The notes: generated by a model not told the origin, from the letters alone. A stretch of 63,947 nucleotides of DNA, filler included, from Chiloscyllium plagiosum (GCF_004010195.1; 9 parts of 9 records of this genome joined end to end with filler, not necessarily neighbours in it), one strand, 5' to 3'. Counted from the first letter of the whole stretch, positions 12,501-26,453 are shown. Numbers and translations are program-made.

Positions 12501-13729
12501 AATATCCTCACATCACTGATGAGGCAATGTTTGCTGAATAATTTTACCAAATAGTTTGAAATGTAGAGGTAACTCCAGCTCTGAATGTTGCCTAATGAGT
12601 TACAATCTTTGATGAAGGAAAGAATAGGTAATATATAAATGATGAATAAGCCACACATTGACTCCTCCTGAACTCTCACAAAGAAGACTCTAAGATGCAA
12701 GCATGTTTAGGTGACTTAAACTGACCGCTATGGAAAACAACCTGTTGAGCTCTAGCCATTGAAAATCACAGAAAAAGATGTGTGACTTGTATTTTGGAAT
12801 ATCGAAGATGACTAAATTTCAAACTTGAGATGTTTTGATTAGGGCAAGGAAAATATAGAAGGAAGTAAGCATTTTCAAACAAAAATGTCTTGTGTGTGCC
12901 ACTGGGAAATCTGGCATTTATTCCCCAGAGTGAGTTGCTATGAGATGCTGTTGGGCCTTGCTAATTGCAGTTTAATACCTATGACTGGGTTGCTAAGCTG
13001 ACTCAGAGGGCAAATCAGAGTGAACTACATCGATGTGCTACTTGAGTTGCATATAGGACTGTAACTTCCTTTCCCAGGAATCCATTAGTTTCCAAATTGG
13101 GCATTTAGAACAATAGAACAAAGAACATTACAGTGAAGTACAGGCCCTTCAGACCTAAAAAAATAACTGAAGCCTCTCAGTTACCTATACTGATAGGTAT
13201 AGGTCTCTTTAAAGCAAAATCTAACATCAAATTCTCACATTGTGATAAAGAATGGATAACTTCCAAATTGCTGGCCAGTCATTATGGTACTGTAGCCTCC
13301 TAGTTAAGTTAGAGGACTGAAACTTTATAGGTTGCAATTATTTTGGATCCATTTAGTTATAAAATTATTTTTATCATTAGACAAAGGAGCAGGGCAAATT
13401 AAACAAATATTAATTTGGTAAATTGTGAATTTTTTATACCAGACAATATTATCGTGATCATCCAGAGATTACTGCCTTTTCTATGATTGAGTTTGAAACC
13501 AAAAGAATGAATGAACTGCAAATGTTTGCAGCAGTTTATGTTATATGCCAGAAACAATGAATTAATTGTTGGATTACTTTACTTTCAGAAATTAGAAGAG
13601 AATCTCAAAAACCAATGGTAAGTGTGTTTACAAATATCTGCACATTTTTGATAGTCTCCTATCACAATTTTTGTAAATGATATTTTCTTCTTTTAACAGA
13701 TTACAATTGATGAGATGACTGATGTTTAA
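9566..13729 (+). CDS. B7-family IgV-IgC type I membrane protein (PD-L1/PD-L2-like), 291 aa, spliced
   Basis: Exons 9566-9632 (signal peptide MVSYHTIRLLPVMFCIIPSFAD), 9716-10039 (V-like), 11273-11560 (C), 12072-12209 (TM), 13589-13617 and 13700-13729; all GT-AG, phases compatible, 876 nt open; motifs LKVKAPY, CEATGYPQAEMHW, TPQGLYKITSTLQLK, YTCAMWN. Confidence 0.85.
10915..11085. mobile_element. Short element with about 55-bp terminal inverted repeats and a degenerate hammerhead core
   Basis: caaagttaaaaatcacacaac...gttgtgtgatttttaactttg; internal CTGATGAAGGA...TCCAAAA. Confidence 0.6.
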
Positions 13730-15159
13730 TAGTCGCGGTGGTGACTATTTCTTATTTCTACTTGCAACAAGTCTACTGATGGTGACAACTTTAAGAAAAT
13801 GTGATATGAAATGTCAATCACATCGTATCATATGTGAATGATGGAAGATGAATGTAAACCTCATGAGTTATTTCACAAACTGTCCCTTCCTGTATTATGA
13901 TCAGCTGGAAACTGCAGTTTTGAGTGCAGTTCTCATCCAGGATAATACACCTGACTGAGCTGAACTCTTCACTAATTTTTTTCTCTGTAAAGAAACAATG
14001 CTTCACATTAGTTGCCTATGAACACCATCGGTCTAACACAGCATTGGTATACAAAAGCTACATGCTAAAGAACTTGGCTTTCAATCTGGGCTGCCTTTTA
14101 TCAAGAAGATGCCTATTTTACAGCTGATGTAAATTTTGGATCAATTACAGTGTGCTGAAAGAAAATATCTTCAGCTCCATTTTTTTAAATACAGATGTAT
14201 ATATATTTATGGTTTGATCACAGAAATATATTTGTAAACATATATTTGTGATTTGTTCACAGAAATACTATGAATGGCTTTGACTGTTGAACTGTATTTT
14301 TCAACTGGGTTAAGAGATATTGTAGCTGCAGGCAATTAATTTGGAAAACTGAGATTTCAGTATTTTCTGAAATTTAAACACTGATCATTATGTTTGTACA
14401 CTAATTACTTTAAATCAGTCTAATGTAGAACAGGTTGATGTATATTGTTCTCCAACATATTGCATTAATTTAACCCCATTATATGCCAACTATTACTTGA
14501 CAGAAGTGAATATATGTACAGCTTTAGTCTAAATCTGATTTAGCTGAATAACACATAAATACATTTTGTAAAGTATTAATTGATTTGTTTCATGCTAACT
14601 GAAAATATTTTAAAAATGTAAATCTCATGAAGTTTAATAATGAACAGGTGAAATCTTATCAGGCTGTAAACAATGTGGTGAATTGAGTGCTAGGATCAGG
14701 CAAGATAGTCATCTCTACATCAAGATCACCTTGCCACAACCTTTTCCTTTAAGACAGACAAAGGCAGCAACCACATGGCCAGAGAAAGAACCCAATACTA
14801 CTGTCAGACACAGCAGTGAATTTGCACAGCTACTGCCTTTGCCGTTTGAGTTCACGTATCTCTGGACATCGGAGTGCATCTAGGAAACATTGACAAATCA
14901 CAGAATTCACAGATGACCTTAGAGGAACCAGTGTGGGAGAGCTCACAGCACAGGAACAGATAAGTGCATAGTTTTTATGTGTAGCCTTGCTGTAAATCTA
15001 CCACAGTGATTTTCTTGATTATATGTTTTATTGAGCTCTGTCTCTTGATTAAATTTTAAAAATATAAGCCACAAGTATTAAGTTAGTCTGGAACAGTATG
15101 TCTTTTAGAGCAATGAGATGGTGGTATTTTCTGGATCTCTGGATTATTAGGGTGTAAAG

Positions 15160-18100
15160 ATGGCCTTTAGTGGAGTAATGTGCTCTTCCGTTCAGTTGCG
15201 GGAGTTTAGTGAGAGTTTCCATGTTATTGATGATTATGTCTGCAGGAAGTGTCTTTGGTTCCGAATCCTATCTTATTGCATGGATCAGATGGAGCAGCAG
15301 TTAGAGGCAATAAGGAATTTACAGGAGCTGAGGGTGTCATAGATGGCAGTTATAGGAAGGGAGAAAAAACATATACAGTCAGGTAGATGGGTTAACTCCA
15401 GGAAAGGTAGGGCGGGTAGACAATTAGTGCAGGAGTCTCCTGTGGCTATCCCCATTTCAAACAAGTATGCTGTTTTAGAAAATGTAGGGGGTGAAAGACT
15501 CTCAGGGGAATGTATCACAAACAGTCAAGTTTCTGTTATCAAGACAGGCTCTAATGTAATGAGGGGTACATCGGGTTTCAAGTGATTAATTGTGATAGGG
15601 GACTCTCTAGTCAGAGGCATAGACAGTTATTTCTGCAGCCAACTGTGAAAGTTAAGAATGGTGTGTTGCCTCCCTGGTGCTCGGATCAAGGATATCTCGG
15701 AGAGGGTGCAGAATGTTCTCAAGGGGGAGAGGGCCCAGTAGGAGGTCATTGGAACTAATGATATAGGAATGGAAAAGGATGAGATTCTGAAGGGAGAATA
15801 TAGAAAGTTAGGCAGGAATTTAAAAAGGAGGTCATTGAGGGTAGTAATATCTGGATTACTCCCAGTGCTATGAATTAGTGAGGGTAGGAATAGGAGGTAG
15901 AGCAGATGAATGCATGGCTAAGGGGATGGTGTAGGGCAGAAGGGTAGAAGTGACCTGTACAAGAAGGACAGATTGCACCTGAATTGGGGGACTAATAGAC
16001 TGGCAGGGAGATTTGCTAGAGCTGCTCGGGAGAATTTCAATTAGTAAGGTGGGGGTTGGTACCCAGGGAGATACTGAGGAAAGAGGTCAATCTGAGACTG
16101 GTACAGTTGGAAAAAGGATTAATCAAACAGTCAGGGCAGGCAAGGACAAAGCAGAGAACAAGGTAGGACTGATAAATTAAACTGCATTTATTTCAATGCA
16201 AGATATATAACAGGGAAGGCAAATGAACTCAGGGCATGATTAGGAACATGGGACTGGGTTCTCATAGTGATTATAGATATGGTTCAGGACTGGCAGCTTA
16301 ATGTTCCAGCATACAAATGCTATAGGAAGGATAGAAAGGTGGGGCACGAGAGGAGTGGGAGTGGTGTTTTCAATAAGGGATTGCATTATGACTGTGGGAA
16401 GATATTCCTGGGAATACATCCAGGGAGGTTATTTGGGTGGAAGTGAGAAATAAGAAAGGGATTGTCACCTTATTGGGATTGTATTCCAGACCCCCAAATA
16501 GTCAGCTGGAAATTGAGAAACAAAATTATAAGGAGATCCTAGTTATCTTTAAGAATAATAGGGTGGTTATGGTAGGGGATTTTAACTTTCCAAACATAGA
16601 CTGGGACTGCAATAGTGATAGGGTTTTAGATGGAGAGGAATTTGTTACGTGTGTATAAGAAAATTTTCTGATTCAGTATGTGGATGTAATCACTAGAGAA
16701 GGTGCAAAACTTGACCTACTCTTGAGAAATGAGGCAGAACAGGTGACTGAGGTACCAGTGGGGGAGCACTTTGGGGCCAGCAACCATAATTCTATTAGTT
16801 TTAAAATATTGATGGAAAAGGATATAAAAGTTTAACTCTAAATTGGAGGAAGGCTAATTTTGATGGTATTAGGCAAGAATTTTCAAAAGTTGATTGGGGG
16901 CAAATGTACGCAGGTGAAGGGATGGTTGGAAAATGGGAAACCTTCAGAAATGAGTTAATGAGAATCCAGAGACTGTATATTCCTGATAGGGTGAAAGGAA
17001 AGGCTGTTAGGGGTAGGGAATGCTGGATGATTACAGAAATTGAGAGATTGATTTGGAAAAACAAGGAAGCATACGTTAGGTATAAACAATAGAGTTTGAG
17101 TGAATTCTTAGAGAGAATAAAGGCAGTAGGAGTATACTTAACAGGGAAATAGATGGTGACATCTTGGAAAATGTCCATATTACAGAGGAGAAGGTGTTGG
17201 ATGTTTTAAACGCATAAATGTGAATAAATCCCCAGGACCTGATCAGGTGTACCCTAGAACTCCGTTGGAAGCTAGGGAAGTGATTGCTGGGCCTCTTGCT
17301 GAGATATTTGTATCATTGATTCAACCTCAGCCTATTCATCCTTTCTCTGTATCATTGATAGTCACTGGTAAGGTGCCGGAAGACTGGAGATTGGGTAACG
17401 TGATGCCACTATTTAAGAAAGGTGGTAAGGAAAAACCAGGGAACTATAGACCGGTGAGCCTGACATCGCTGGTGGGCAAGTTGTTGGAGGGAGTCCTGAG
17501 GTACAGGATTTACATGTATTTAGAAAGACACGGACTGATTATGGATAGTCAACATGGCTTTGTGTTTGGGAAATCATGAATCATGCACTTGATTGAATTT
17601 TTTGATGAAGTAACAAAGAGGATTGATGAGGGCAGATCAGTAGACGTGATTTATATGGACTTCATCCAAGCGTGTGACAAAGGTCTTCATGGTAGACTGG
17701 TTAGTAAGGTGAAATCTCATGGAATACAGGAAGAACTAGCCATTTGGATACAGAACTGGCTTGAAGGTAGAAGATAGAGGGTGGTAGTGGAGGATTGCCT
17801 TTCAGACTGGAGGTTTGTGACCAGTGGAGTGCCACAAGGATTGGTGTTGGGTCCACAGCTTTTCGTCATTTACATAAATGATTTGGATGTGAACATAGGA
17901 GGTATATAGTTAACAAGTTTGCAGATGACACAAAAATTGGAGGTGTAGTGGACAGTGAACAAGATTACCTCAGAGCATAACGGGATCTTGATCAAATGGG
18001 CCAATGGGCTGAGAAGTGGCAGATGGAGTTTAATTTAGATATATGTGAGGTGCTGCGTTTTGAAAAGGCAAATCAGAGCAGGACTTATACACTTAATGGT

Positions 18101-18792
18101 CAGTTCCTAGGGAGTGTTGCTAACAAAGAGACCATAGAGTGGTTGCTTGGAAATTGAGTCGCAGGTAGATAGGATAGTGAAGAAGGGGTTTGGTATGCTT
18201 TCTTTTATTAGTCAGAGCACTGAGTATATGTTTTATGAGGTCATGTTGCGCATGTACAGGACATTGGTTAGACCATTTTTGGAATATTGCGTGAAATTCT
18301 GGTCTCCCTCCTATTGGAAATAAACTTAAAAAGGTTCAGAAAAGATTTACAAGGATGTTGCCCGGGTTGGAGGATTTGAGATACAGAGAGAGGATGAATA
18401 GGCTGAGATTGTTTTCCTTGGAGCATCAGAGGCTGAGGGGTGACCTTATAGAGGTTTTTAAAATCTGAGGGGCATGGATAGGGTAAATAGCCAAGGTCTT
18501 TTTCCCTGGGTGGGGAAGTACAGAACTAGAGGGCATTGGTTTAGGGTGAGAGATAGAAGGTATAAAAGGGACCTAAAGGGCAACTTTTTCACACAGAGTG
18601 GTGTGTGTATGGAATGAGCTGCAAGAGGAAGTGGAGGAGGCTGGTAAAATTACAACATTTAAAAGGCAACTGGATGGGTATACGAATAGGTACGGGCCAA
18701 GTGCTGGCAAATGGGATTGCATTAAATTAGGATATCTGGTCGGCATGGATGAGTTGGACCAGAGCTGTACATCTCTATGAATCTTTGACTAT
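15160..18792 (+). mobile_element. Near full-length degenerate CR1 LINE (ORF1 Zn finger/esterase; ORF2 APE endonuclease plus RT)
   Basis: CRKC and VIGDSLVRG motifs, VMVGDFNFPNIDW, KSPGPD, NYRPVSLTS, SQHGF, FADD, CR1-like 3' tail; many stops and frameshifts. Confidence 0.93.
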
Positions 18793-19589
18793 AAGCAGCA
18801 GAGCAAGATCCTTGCCTGGGACCAACATGTTCCTGACTGGCATTTTCCATGGCTTGCTAACAGCCCAGACACAATGAGGTGTTTTCTTAATAAACTCACC
18901 ACACAGACTGGCCATCAGGAAAACTTGCCATGGAAACTAGAGTTGGGTCTTGGTGGGTTTGGCTGACTATTTGCTCCAGGAGAGCCATGTAAGCATTGGA
19001 TGTCCCCTCCAAAGCTTCCCTTATGATTGTAGAGGTTGAGGAGTTCTCCTCTGTAGAGGAGGGGTTTGGGCACTGGGGAGTGATGGATTCATCCATAAAA
19101 CATGAGAGGCAGAAGGCATTACAGTCACTGATTTGTTGTGTATGGAATGCATCGTGAATGTGACCCTTGCACTGGGATGGGAAGTTTTACTTCCTTCTGG
19201 ACTTGTTAAGCTCACAGAGCAGTCCCTATTTTCTCCTGCTAAATCGAGAATTATTTCCTTGCAGCAGATGAGGACATGGGTGTCCAGCATTCTCCCCCAT
19301 GTGTGCGACATTGCTCAGCCCTGTTATGGGATGTCTTCTCCTGTCATGACATAAAGGGAGCAAATATGTAAGAATCAAGTAGGTGGCATGGCTCTTCAGG
19401 CTGGCGCATGTAGGGAAAGTGAAGTGTTCCAAGGGAGTTTGGCATTTGTGCAGTGTGAGAATGGGTGGGTAATGAGAGCTTGTGAGGGTAGGTGTCGTAT
19501 GCAACACAATGTGAGTCAGAGCATAAGAGTTCATCAGAGGTGGGGGCCTTGTTCCAGTTATGTCTGAGGCAGCAGAATATTCCACTTAG

Positions 19590-19822
19590 CCTGGAGGAAT
19601 GGAGAAGATCATTGGCTTTCATCTTGCACTATTGCCCAGTTCTCATCAACCTGGAGATGGCACTGATCCAGGTGCTGAACTTTGACCAGCTGGGACAGTG
19701 CGGTGTCTTGACTTCATCTGCAGTCTTTGAGAAAACGACACCTTAATTCTTCATCACCCCATCCACGAGGACCTCCAGGTCCCTGTCTGACACGTATGGT
19801 ACCAGTTAACCCTTCTCTGCCC
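19590..19822 (-). mobile_element. Second Harbinger-type Myb/SANT relic
   Basis: Minus-strand translation SDRDLEVLVDGV...W...ISAISRLMRTGQ*CKMKANDLL. Confidence 0.55.
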
Positions 19823-20264
19823 TCTCTAATGATTTCTAATACACAAGTTCAAGATGGCAGTATTCCTGCAGGAGTGTAGCAGGCTTTGAAAGATGGCACT
19901 GCCCAAAGGAAGGCTTCCACTGAATGGCAAGTTCTTTTGATGAACAGTGCATGGTAAGATGGTGCAAGATCAAACGTGATTGTCATTACAAAGGCTTAGA
20001 TGACAATATTCAATATAATCCTTACTTGTCTCCAAGTCACTGAATCCCTCAACATTGAATTCACCAGCTTTAAAATCCCCCAACCTCATCCCATGTCCAT
20101 CCCTCCCCCTCCTAACTGACTCCCTGAACTGACCTATCCTGTCCATTTTCCTACTCACCTATCAGCTCTGCTCTTCCCACTGATAATCACAATAACCCTC
20201 CACCTGCATCGGCCTAACACCATCCCACTAACTCATTCCCCAGCCCAATTCTCATTCTTCTATT

Positions 20265-20364
20265 NNNNNNNNNNNNNNNNNNNNNNNNNNNNNNNNNNNN
20301 NNNNNNNNTTAATTAATTAANNNNNNNNNNNNNNNNNNNNNNNNNNNNNNNNNNNNNNNNNNNN
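20265..20364. other. Artificial contig linker N44-TTAATTAATTAA-N44; also at 23180-23279, 27460-27559, 32735-32834, 38919-39018, 58496-58595, 61093-61192 and 62523-62622
   Basis: Identical 100-bp spacer with stops in all six frames, present eight times. Confidence 0.99.
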
Positions 20365-20683
20365 CGCTCAGCCCAAGCTGACCCTGCTGCCCCCCCTTCC
20401 CGGAGCAGGTTAATGCCGAGGGCACTGCCACCCTGGTGTGCCTTGCCAATCACTTCTATCCCGATGAGCTGGAGGTGCAGTGGAAGAAGGACGGTGCAGC
20501 CATTTCGGACGGGGTTCAGACCAGCAACTACCTGCGAGCTTCGGACAGCACCTACAGTGTCAGCAGCCTGCTGACCCTCTCTGGGTCTGACTGGGAGTCC
20601 AACGCTCGCTTCTCCTGTGCCCTCACCCACGTGACTCTCCCCTCTCCCCTCAGCAAGAGCATCAGGAGATCAGAATGTGTTAG
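20365..20683 (+). pseudogene. Ig light chain kappa (NS4/type III) constant exon, copy 1, frameshifted
   Basis: ATLVCLANHFYPDELEVQWKKDG...FSCALTH; +1 base in the C run near 20390 and -1 base at the stop (about 20680) relative to copies 2 and 3; AATAAA at 21214. Confidence 0.85.
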
Positions 20684-23329
20684 AATGTTTGAGACAGTCC
20701 ACAGAGGAGACACAACTTTAAATAGAACAGGGCTGAGCTGGCAGGACAAAGGTCATTGTCAGCACTGAATTTCAACTCTCTTCCTTCTTGGGATTGTATT
20801 GGCGACACTTCTGAGGTTCAAGGGTTAAGGCAGGTCATTGCGATCATCAAAAAGAACCTTTACTCTGTATTAGACTTCATGCTGACCGTGTTCTGGGAGT
20901 GTTTGATTGCCATCACAGTGATGACCTGTGATGCCAAGTCAAACCTATTGAAAATGCTGAAGACTGTCAGCTGTACAAAAACAATGTGAACCTCAGAAGT
21001 CTCTGCTTCAGTAAAACAGACCTACTTCCTGCTCAGCCATCAGTTCCAATTTAAGATTTTGTCACTGTTTAAAGGAACAGGATTCTCATGTTATTGAGAA
21101 AATCTCCACAAGTGTTTTCCTCAAGCTCCATTGTGGCTGTGAATTTGTGCAGCTTCCTCTGTCTGGGCTGTTAATTGCTGACTGTTTTCTGTCAATGTCA
21201 ATCTCGAAAAGGGAATAAAGATGAAGATGATTCAGTCTCTGTCTCGTGTGTGCTTTGGAAATGGCCAGAGCTGAAGCCTCAGGGAAAGCTGTGTGAAGTG
21301 TTAACCTCCACCCTCAAGGCCTGGAGAATGAGGGGGAGAATCGAGGGGGCAGTGGGGTCCCTGGTGCAGGAGGGCAATGCTACCATTGTATCCAGAAGGG
21401 GCACTTTCAGCAGGAATGCACAACCTCAAGGAAATCTTTCCCAATAAATGGGGAAAAGAAGGAAGGCAGGAGGGGACAATGGGGAACACAATAATCTGAT
21501 GGAAATTCCCCATCAACGCTCACCCATCCCTTAGGCACAGCAAGATCACAAGCCAAGAAATTCAAATCAACTGTTAGGGNNNNNNNNNNNNNNNNNNNNN
21601 NNNNNNNNNNNNNNNNNNNNNNNNNNNNNNNNNNNNNNNNNNNNNNNNNNNNNNNNNNNNNNNNNNNNNNNNNNNNNNNNNNNNNNNNNNNNNNNNNNNN
21701 NNNNNNNNNNNNNNNNNNNNNNNNNNNNNNNNNNNNNNNNNNNNNNNNNNNNNNNNNNNNNNNNNNNNNNNNNNNNNNNNNNNNNNNNNNNNNNNNNNNN
21801 NNNNNNNNNNNNNNNNNNNNNNNNNNNNNNNNNNNNNNNNNNNNNNNNNNNNNNNNNNNNNNNNNNNNNNNNNNNNNNNNNNNNNNNNNNNNNNNNNNNN
21901 NNNNNNNNNNNNNNNNNNNNNNNNNNNNNNNNNNNNNNNNNNNNNNNNNNNNNNNNNNNNNNNNNNNNNNNNNNNNNNNNNNNNNNNNNNNNNNNNNNNN
22001 NNNNNNNNNNNNNNNNNGGTACTTTATAATGAAGAATAGAAACTGATGTCAGAATAAAGTCAGGTATTGATGGGAGTGAGGAATATCTCAGTGATCTGTC
22101 TCCAGAATCCACAGACTACACACATCCTTCTGTCAGACCCTGAAGGCTGAGAAACAGCTCCTTGACATCTAATATTTCTCCAACTTTCCCAGAAAAGGTG
22201 AAATCTTTCTGCGCCAGTGATTCCCAGGAACAGGACATTTTAAAAAGGGCTGTGGGAAGGGAAATGTTGCCTCTCAATGACAAAACCAATGGAAGGATGT
22301 GGAGCTGGCTCTGTGAAATGTTAGGGCACAGAGGATGACACCAGAAGCAATTCAATGTTGTCACTCTCTCCTTTGCAATTGCTAAACTGGTAATAATTGG
22401 TTTTCCCTCACAATTTGCTCTCTTGTATTCGATCCACTTGTCCTTCTTGCTTTGCTTCTTTTGACTTGAGTCTGCGGGTAGCTCCATCAAAACCCAATTT
22501 CCTCACTCTCATCCAGGCCCCTGAAGAGATTAGAGACAAAATAAACTGCAAATGCTGGAATCCAACATTGACAGGCAGGAGGCTGGGAGAACACAGCAAA
22601 CCAGGCAGCATCAGGAGGTGGAGAAGTCAACGTTTTGGCTGTAACCCTTCTTCAGGAATGGGGGGGTGGGGGGAATGATGGAGGAGCTGCAGATAAAGGG
22701 AGTGGTGGTGGCAGGGTGGTGAGATGGGGATAGGTGAAGATAGGTAGAGGATACTACCTGATTGGTTGATGTGGGAGGGACAAATACAAATTAATCTCCC
22801 ATCGACTAATCAGGTCAAACTCTCTACCATTCTCCGCCCCATTCCCTTTATCCCCTTTTCCAATCTTTCCTCATCACACAGCCCACTCATTCCAGGGAAC
22901 AATCGGGTAAAATTCCTGTGAACCACCTCCGATGCATTTATATTCTTCCTTCAATCGGGAGACCAAAACTACCCTCAGTATTTGAGATGTGGTCACACCA
23001 ATGTCCAGGAATAACTGAAACATCACAGTCTCACTTTCTGCTCTTTAAGCATGCCTACTCTTATTTGTACCAGACTTCTTACTGTCCATGTCTAATTGCC
23101 CTGGACCTGGTGGTGATTAACTGCCTTCTTGAACCCCTGCAGTCCATGTGCTGTTGGTAGACCCACAATGTCCTTAGGGNNNNNNNNNNNNNNNNNNNNN
23201 NNNNNNNNNNNNNNNNNNNNNNNTTAATTAATTAANNNNNNNNNNNNNNNNNNNNNNNNNNNNNNNNNNNNNNNNNNNNCAGAGCTTCCTTTCTCATTTG
23301 AATGGAGACACATGGCTGGAGAAAATTCA

Positions 23330-25740
23330 CCTGAGCCTACTCTCTCAACTCTGGCCCCTCTCTGTCCTTCACACTGCTACTGTCCCAGTCTATATTCCAA
23401 TAATTAAAGTCCCCCTAATGTTTGCTGTGAATCCCTTGCAGATTTGTTCTCCTACATCCTTCCCACTAGTTGGTGACCGACAGACTGCACTGAACAATCT
23501 GATTGCACCTTTTTTGTTCCTTATCCCGAACCAAATCAATTCTGGCCTTGACCCCTCTGGGACATCCTCTTTCTCCAGCTCTGCATCAATCTCCTTAACC
23601 AATCCCACACCTCTCACTCTTTTTCCTTTTTCCTATCTTTCCTGAACACCTTGTTTCCAGGAATATTTAACAACCAGTCCTGTCCTCATTTGACCCTTAT
23701 CTGTTAGAGTGATAACATCAGTTTTCCACTTGGTAATGTGCATTTGGAGCTCCCCAATCTTATTCTCCATATTCCGTGCAGTCCCATACATGCACAGTCA
23801 GCCGGACTTAGAATTTATTGCTCTCTCTGTCTCTCTGACCCTGCCTAATAAATTATTATTCCTTATTCTGGTGCTATCTGTCTTTTTCAGGATTCTGTGT
23901 TCCTTGGTGTTCCTCCTTAATATTACACCCTCGTTCCCACAGCCCTTCCATGTTAGCTTCAACCCACTCCAACAGCACCCGCAAATCATCCCATAAGGAG
24001 CTCAGTTCCTGCTCTGTTTATAGAGGTCACATCTCCCACAGAGTCATTCCCAATGTCACAAAGCCCTCCCACCTCGACCATCTTTCCAGCCTCACAAACA
24101 CCCTGCCTTATCCTCCTGTTTCTATCCTTACTTGCATTGGTCATTGGGAGTAATCTGAAGATTCCTATTTTTGAGCTCCTGTTGCTAATTCCCTCCTGAG
24201 CTCCCTAAATTCTGTCACTGGGACCAATGTAGATCATGAGTGCTGACTGTTCCCTCTCTCCCCTCAGGGTGCTCCGCAGCCGCTCAGTGACATCCTTGAC
24301 TCTGGCACCAGGGATACAACACATCATCTTGGATTCCCATCTGCAGCTGCAGAAACACCTGTCGATTGCCCTCACTCTCGAATCTCCTCTGACTATAGCT
24401 CTTCCAGTCTTCCTTGTGTCCCCCGAACCAACAATGCCCTCAGTTCCTTTTCCCAGATCGTTAATATATAATTAAGTGTTACATGAATAGCTGAAGTCCC
24501 AACACTGCCCCCTGCTGAGCTCCATTAGGCACCAGCTGCCATCCTGCAAAAGATCCATTCATTTCCACTCTCTATCCATGCCAATACCGGGGCTCTTGTG
24601 TTATTTAGCAGCCTCGTGTGTGGCAACCTGTCAAAGGCCTTCTGGAAATCCAAATAGATCACGTCCATTGGCTCTCTTTTGTCTAACTTGCTCATTAGCT
24701 CCTCTTATTACATTGAATTCCAGCTTCTCCGTCTAGAACTGCATGGTGAATTCTATCACATTATAGTCACTGTCCCCTCAGGGTTCATTCACCTTCAGCT
24801 CCCCAATCAGAGCTGCCTCATTACACATCACCGAATCCGGACTTGCCTGTTTCCTCGTGGGTCTACCACAAGCTGATCCAAAAAATCCTCTCGCAGACAT
24901 TCCATGAATTCCTTTCCTTGAGATCCATTCCCAACCTGACTTTCCCAGTCGACCTGCATATTGCAGTCCCCATGACTATTGTAATAATCCCTTTCTTATA
25001 TGCCTTTTCTATCTCCTGATTTATTTTCTGACCCACATCCCGACTACTGTGAGGAGGCTTGTACATAACTCCCATCAGGCTCTTTCTTCCTTTTTAGTTT
25101 CTTAAGTTGAGTCACACAGATTCTATGCAGTCCAACTCAAAATTTCCTCTTGCTGTTGATTTAATTTTATTTCCAAGTGACAGGGTAATCTCTCGCATGG
25201 GACCTTGTCAAAAATCTTTTGAAAGTCCAGATGCACAACATCCACTGAGATCTGAGGAAAGGTCACTCAATCCGAAAAGCTAACTTCAGTTTCTCTCCAC
25301 AGATGCTGCCAGACCGGCTGAACATTTTCATAATTTTTGTTTTAGTTGTCCACTGATTCAGCCTTGTCCACTCTCTACTGGTCACATCCTCAAAACCTTC
25401 CAGAAGATGTGTCAGGCCTGATTTCCCTTTAGTAAATCCATGCTGACTTGGACCGATCCTGTCACTGCTTTCCAAATGCTCAGTTACTGTATCTTTAATA
25501 ACTGACTCCAGCGTTTTCCTCCTGTATAATTCCTCATTTTCACTCCCCTTCCTTTTATTAAAAAGTGCGATTACACTGGATACTGTCCTGTCCACTGGAA
25601 CTCTGTCAGAGTCTACAGAAAGCTGGAAAATGATCACCAATGTGTCCACTATTTCTACATCCACTTTCTTAAGGACTCTGGGATGTAGAGCATCAGGCCC
25701 TGGGGACTTACCAAGTTTTGATACCATCAGTCTCCCCAAG
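23330..25740 (-). mobile_element. Cluster of CR1 LINE fragments
   Basis: Minus-strand ORFs with endonuclease-like and KSPGPD/SQHGF motifs. Confidence 0.8.
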
Positions 25741-26097
25741 NNNNNNNNNNNNNNNNNNNNNNNNNNNNNNNNNNNNNNNNNNNNNNNNNNNNNNNNNNNN
25801 NNNNNNNNNNNNNNNNNNNNNNNNNNNNNNNNNNNNNNNNNNNNNNNNNNNNNNNNNNNNNNNNNNNNNNNNNNNNNNNNNNNNNNNNNNNNNNNNNNNN
25901 NNNNNNNNNNNNNNNNNNNNNNNNNNNNNNNNNNNNNNNNNNNNNNNNNNNNNNNNNNNNNNNNNNNNNNNNNNNNNNNNNNNNNNNNNNNNNNNNNNNN
26001 NNNNNNNNNNNNNNNNNNNNNNNNNNNNNNNNNNNNNNNNNNNNNNNNNNNNNNNNNNNNNNNNNNNNNNNNNNNNNNNNNNNCTCTTGTCTTTCAG

Positions 26098-26453
26098 GCC
26101 GTGAGAACTCTCAGCCCAAGCTGACCCTGCTGCCCCCCTCCCCGGAGCAGGTCAATGCCAAGGGCACTGCCACCCTGGTGTGCCTTGCCAATCACTTCTA
26201 TCCCGATGAGCTGGAGGTGCAGTGGAAGAAGGACGGTGCAGTCATTTCGGACGGGGTTCAGACCAGCAACTACCTGCGAGCTTCGGACAGCACCTACAGT
26301 GTCAGCAGCCTGCTGACCCTCTCTGGGTCTGACTGGGAGTCCAACACTCGCTTCTCCTGTGCCCTCACCCACGTGACCCTCCCCTCTCCCCTCAGCAAGA
26401 TCAGAATGTGCGTAGAGTGTTTGAGACAGTCCACAGAGGAGACACAACTTTAA
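26098..26453 (+). pseudogene. Ig kappa constant exon, copy 2; 11-nt deletion near the 3' end alters the C-terminus
   Basis: Acceptor ctttcag, then RENSQPKLTLLPPSPEQ...; agcatcaggag missing at about 26400, giving ...SKIRMCVECLRQSTEETQL; AATAAA at 26919. Confidence 0.8.
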
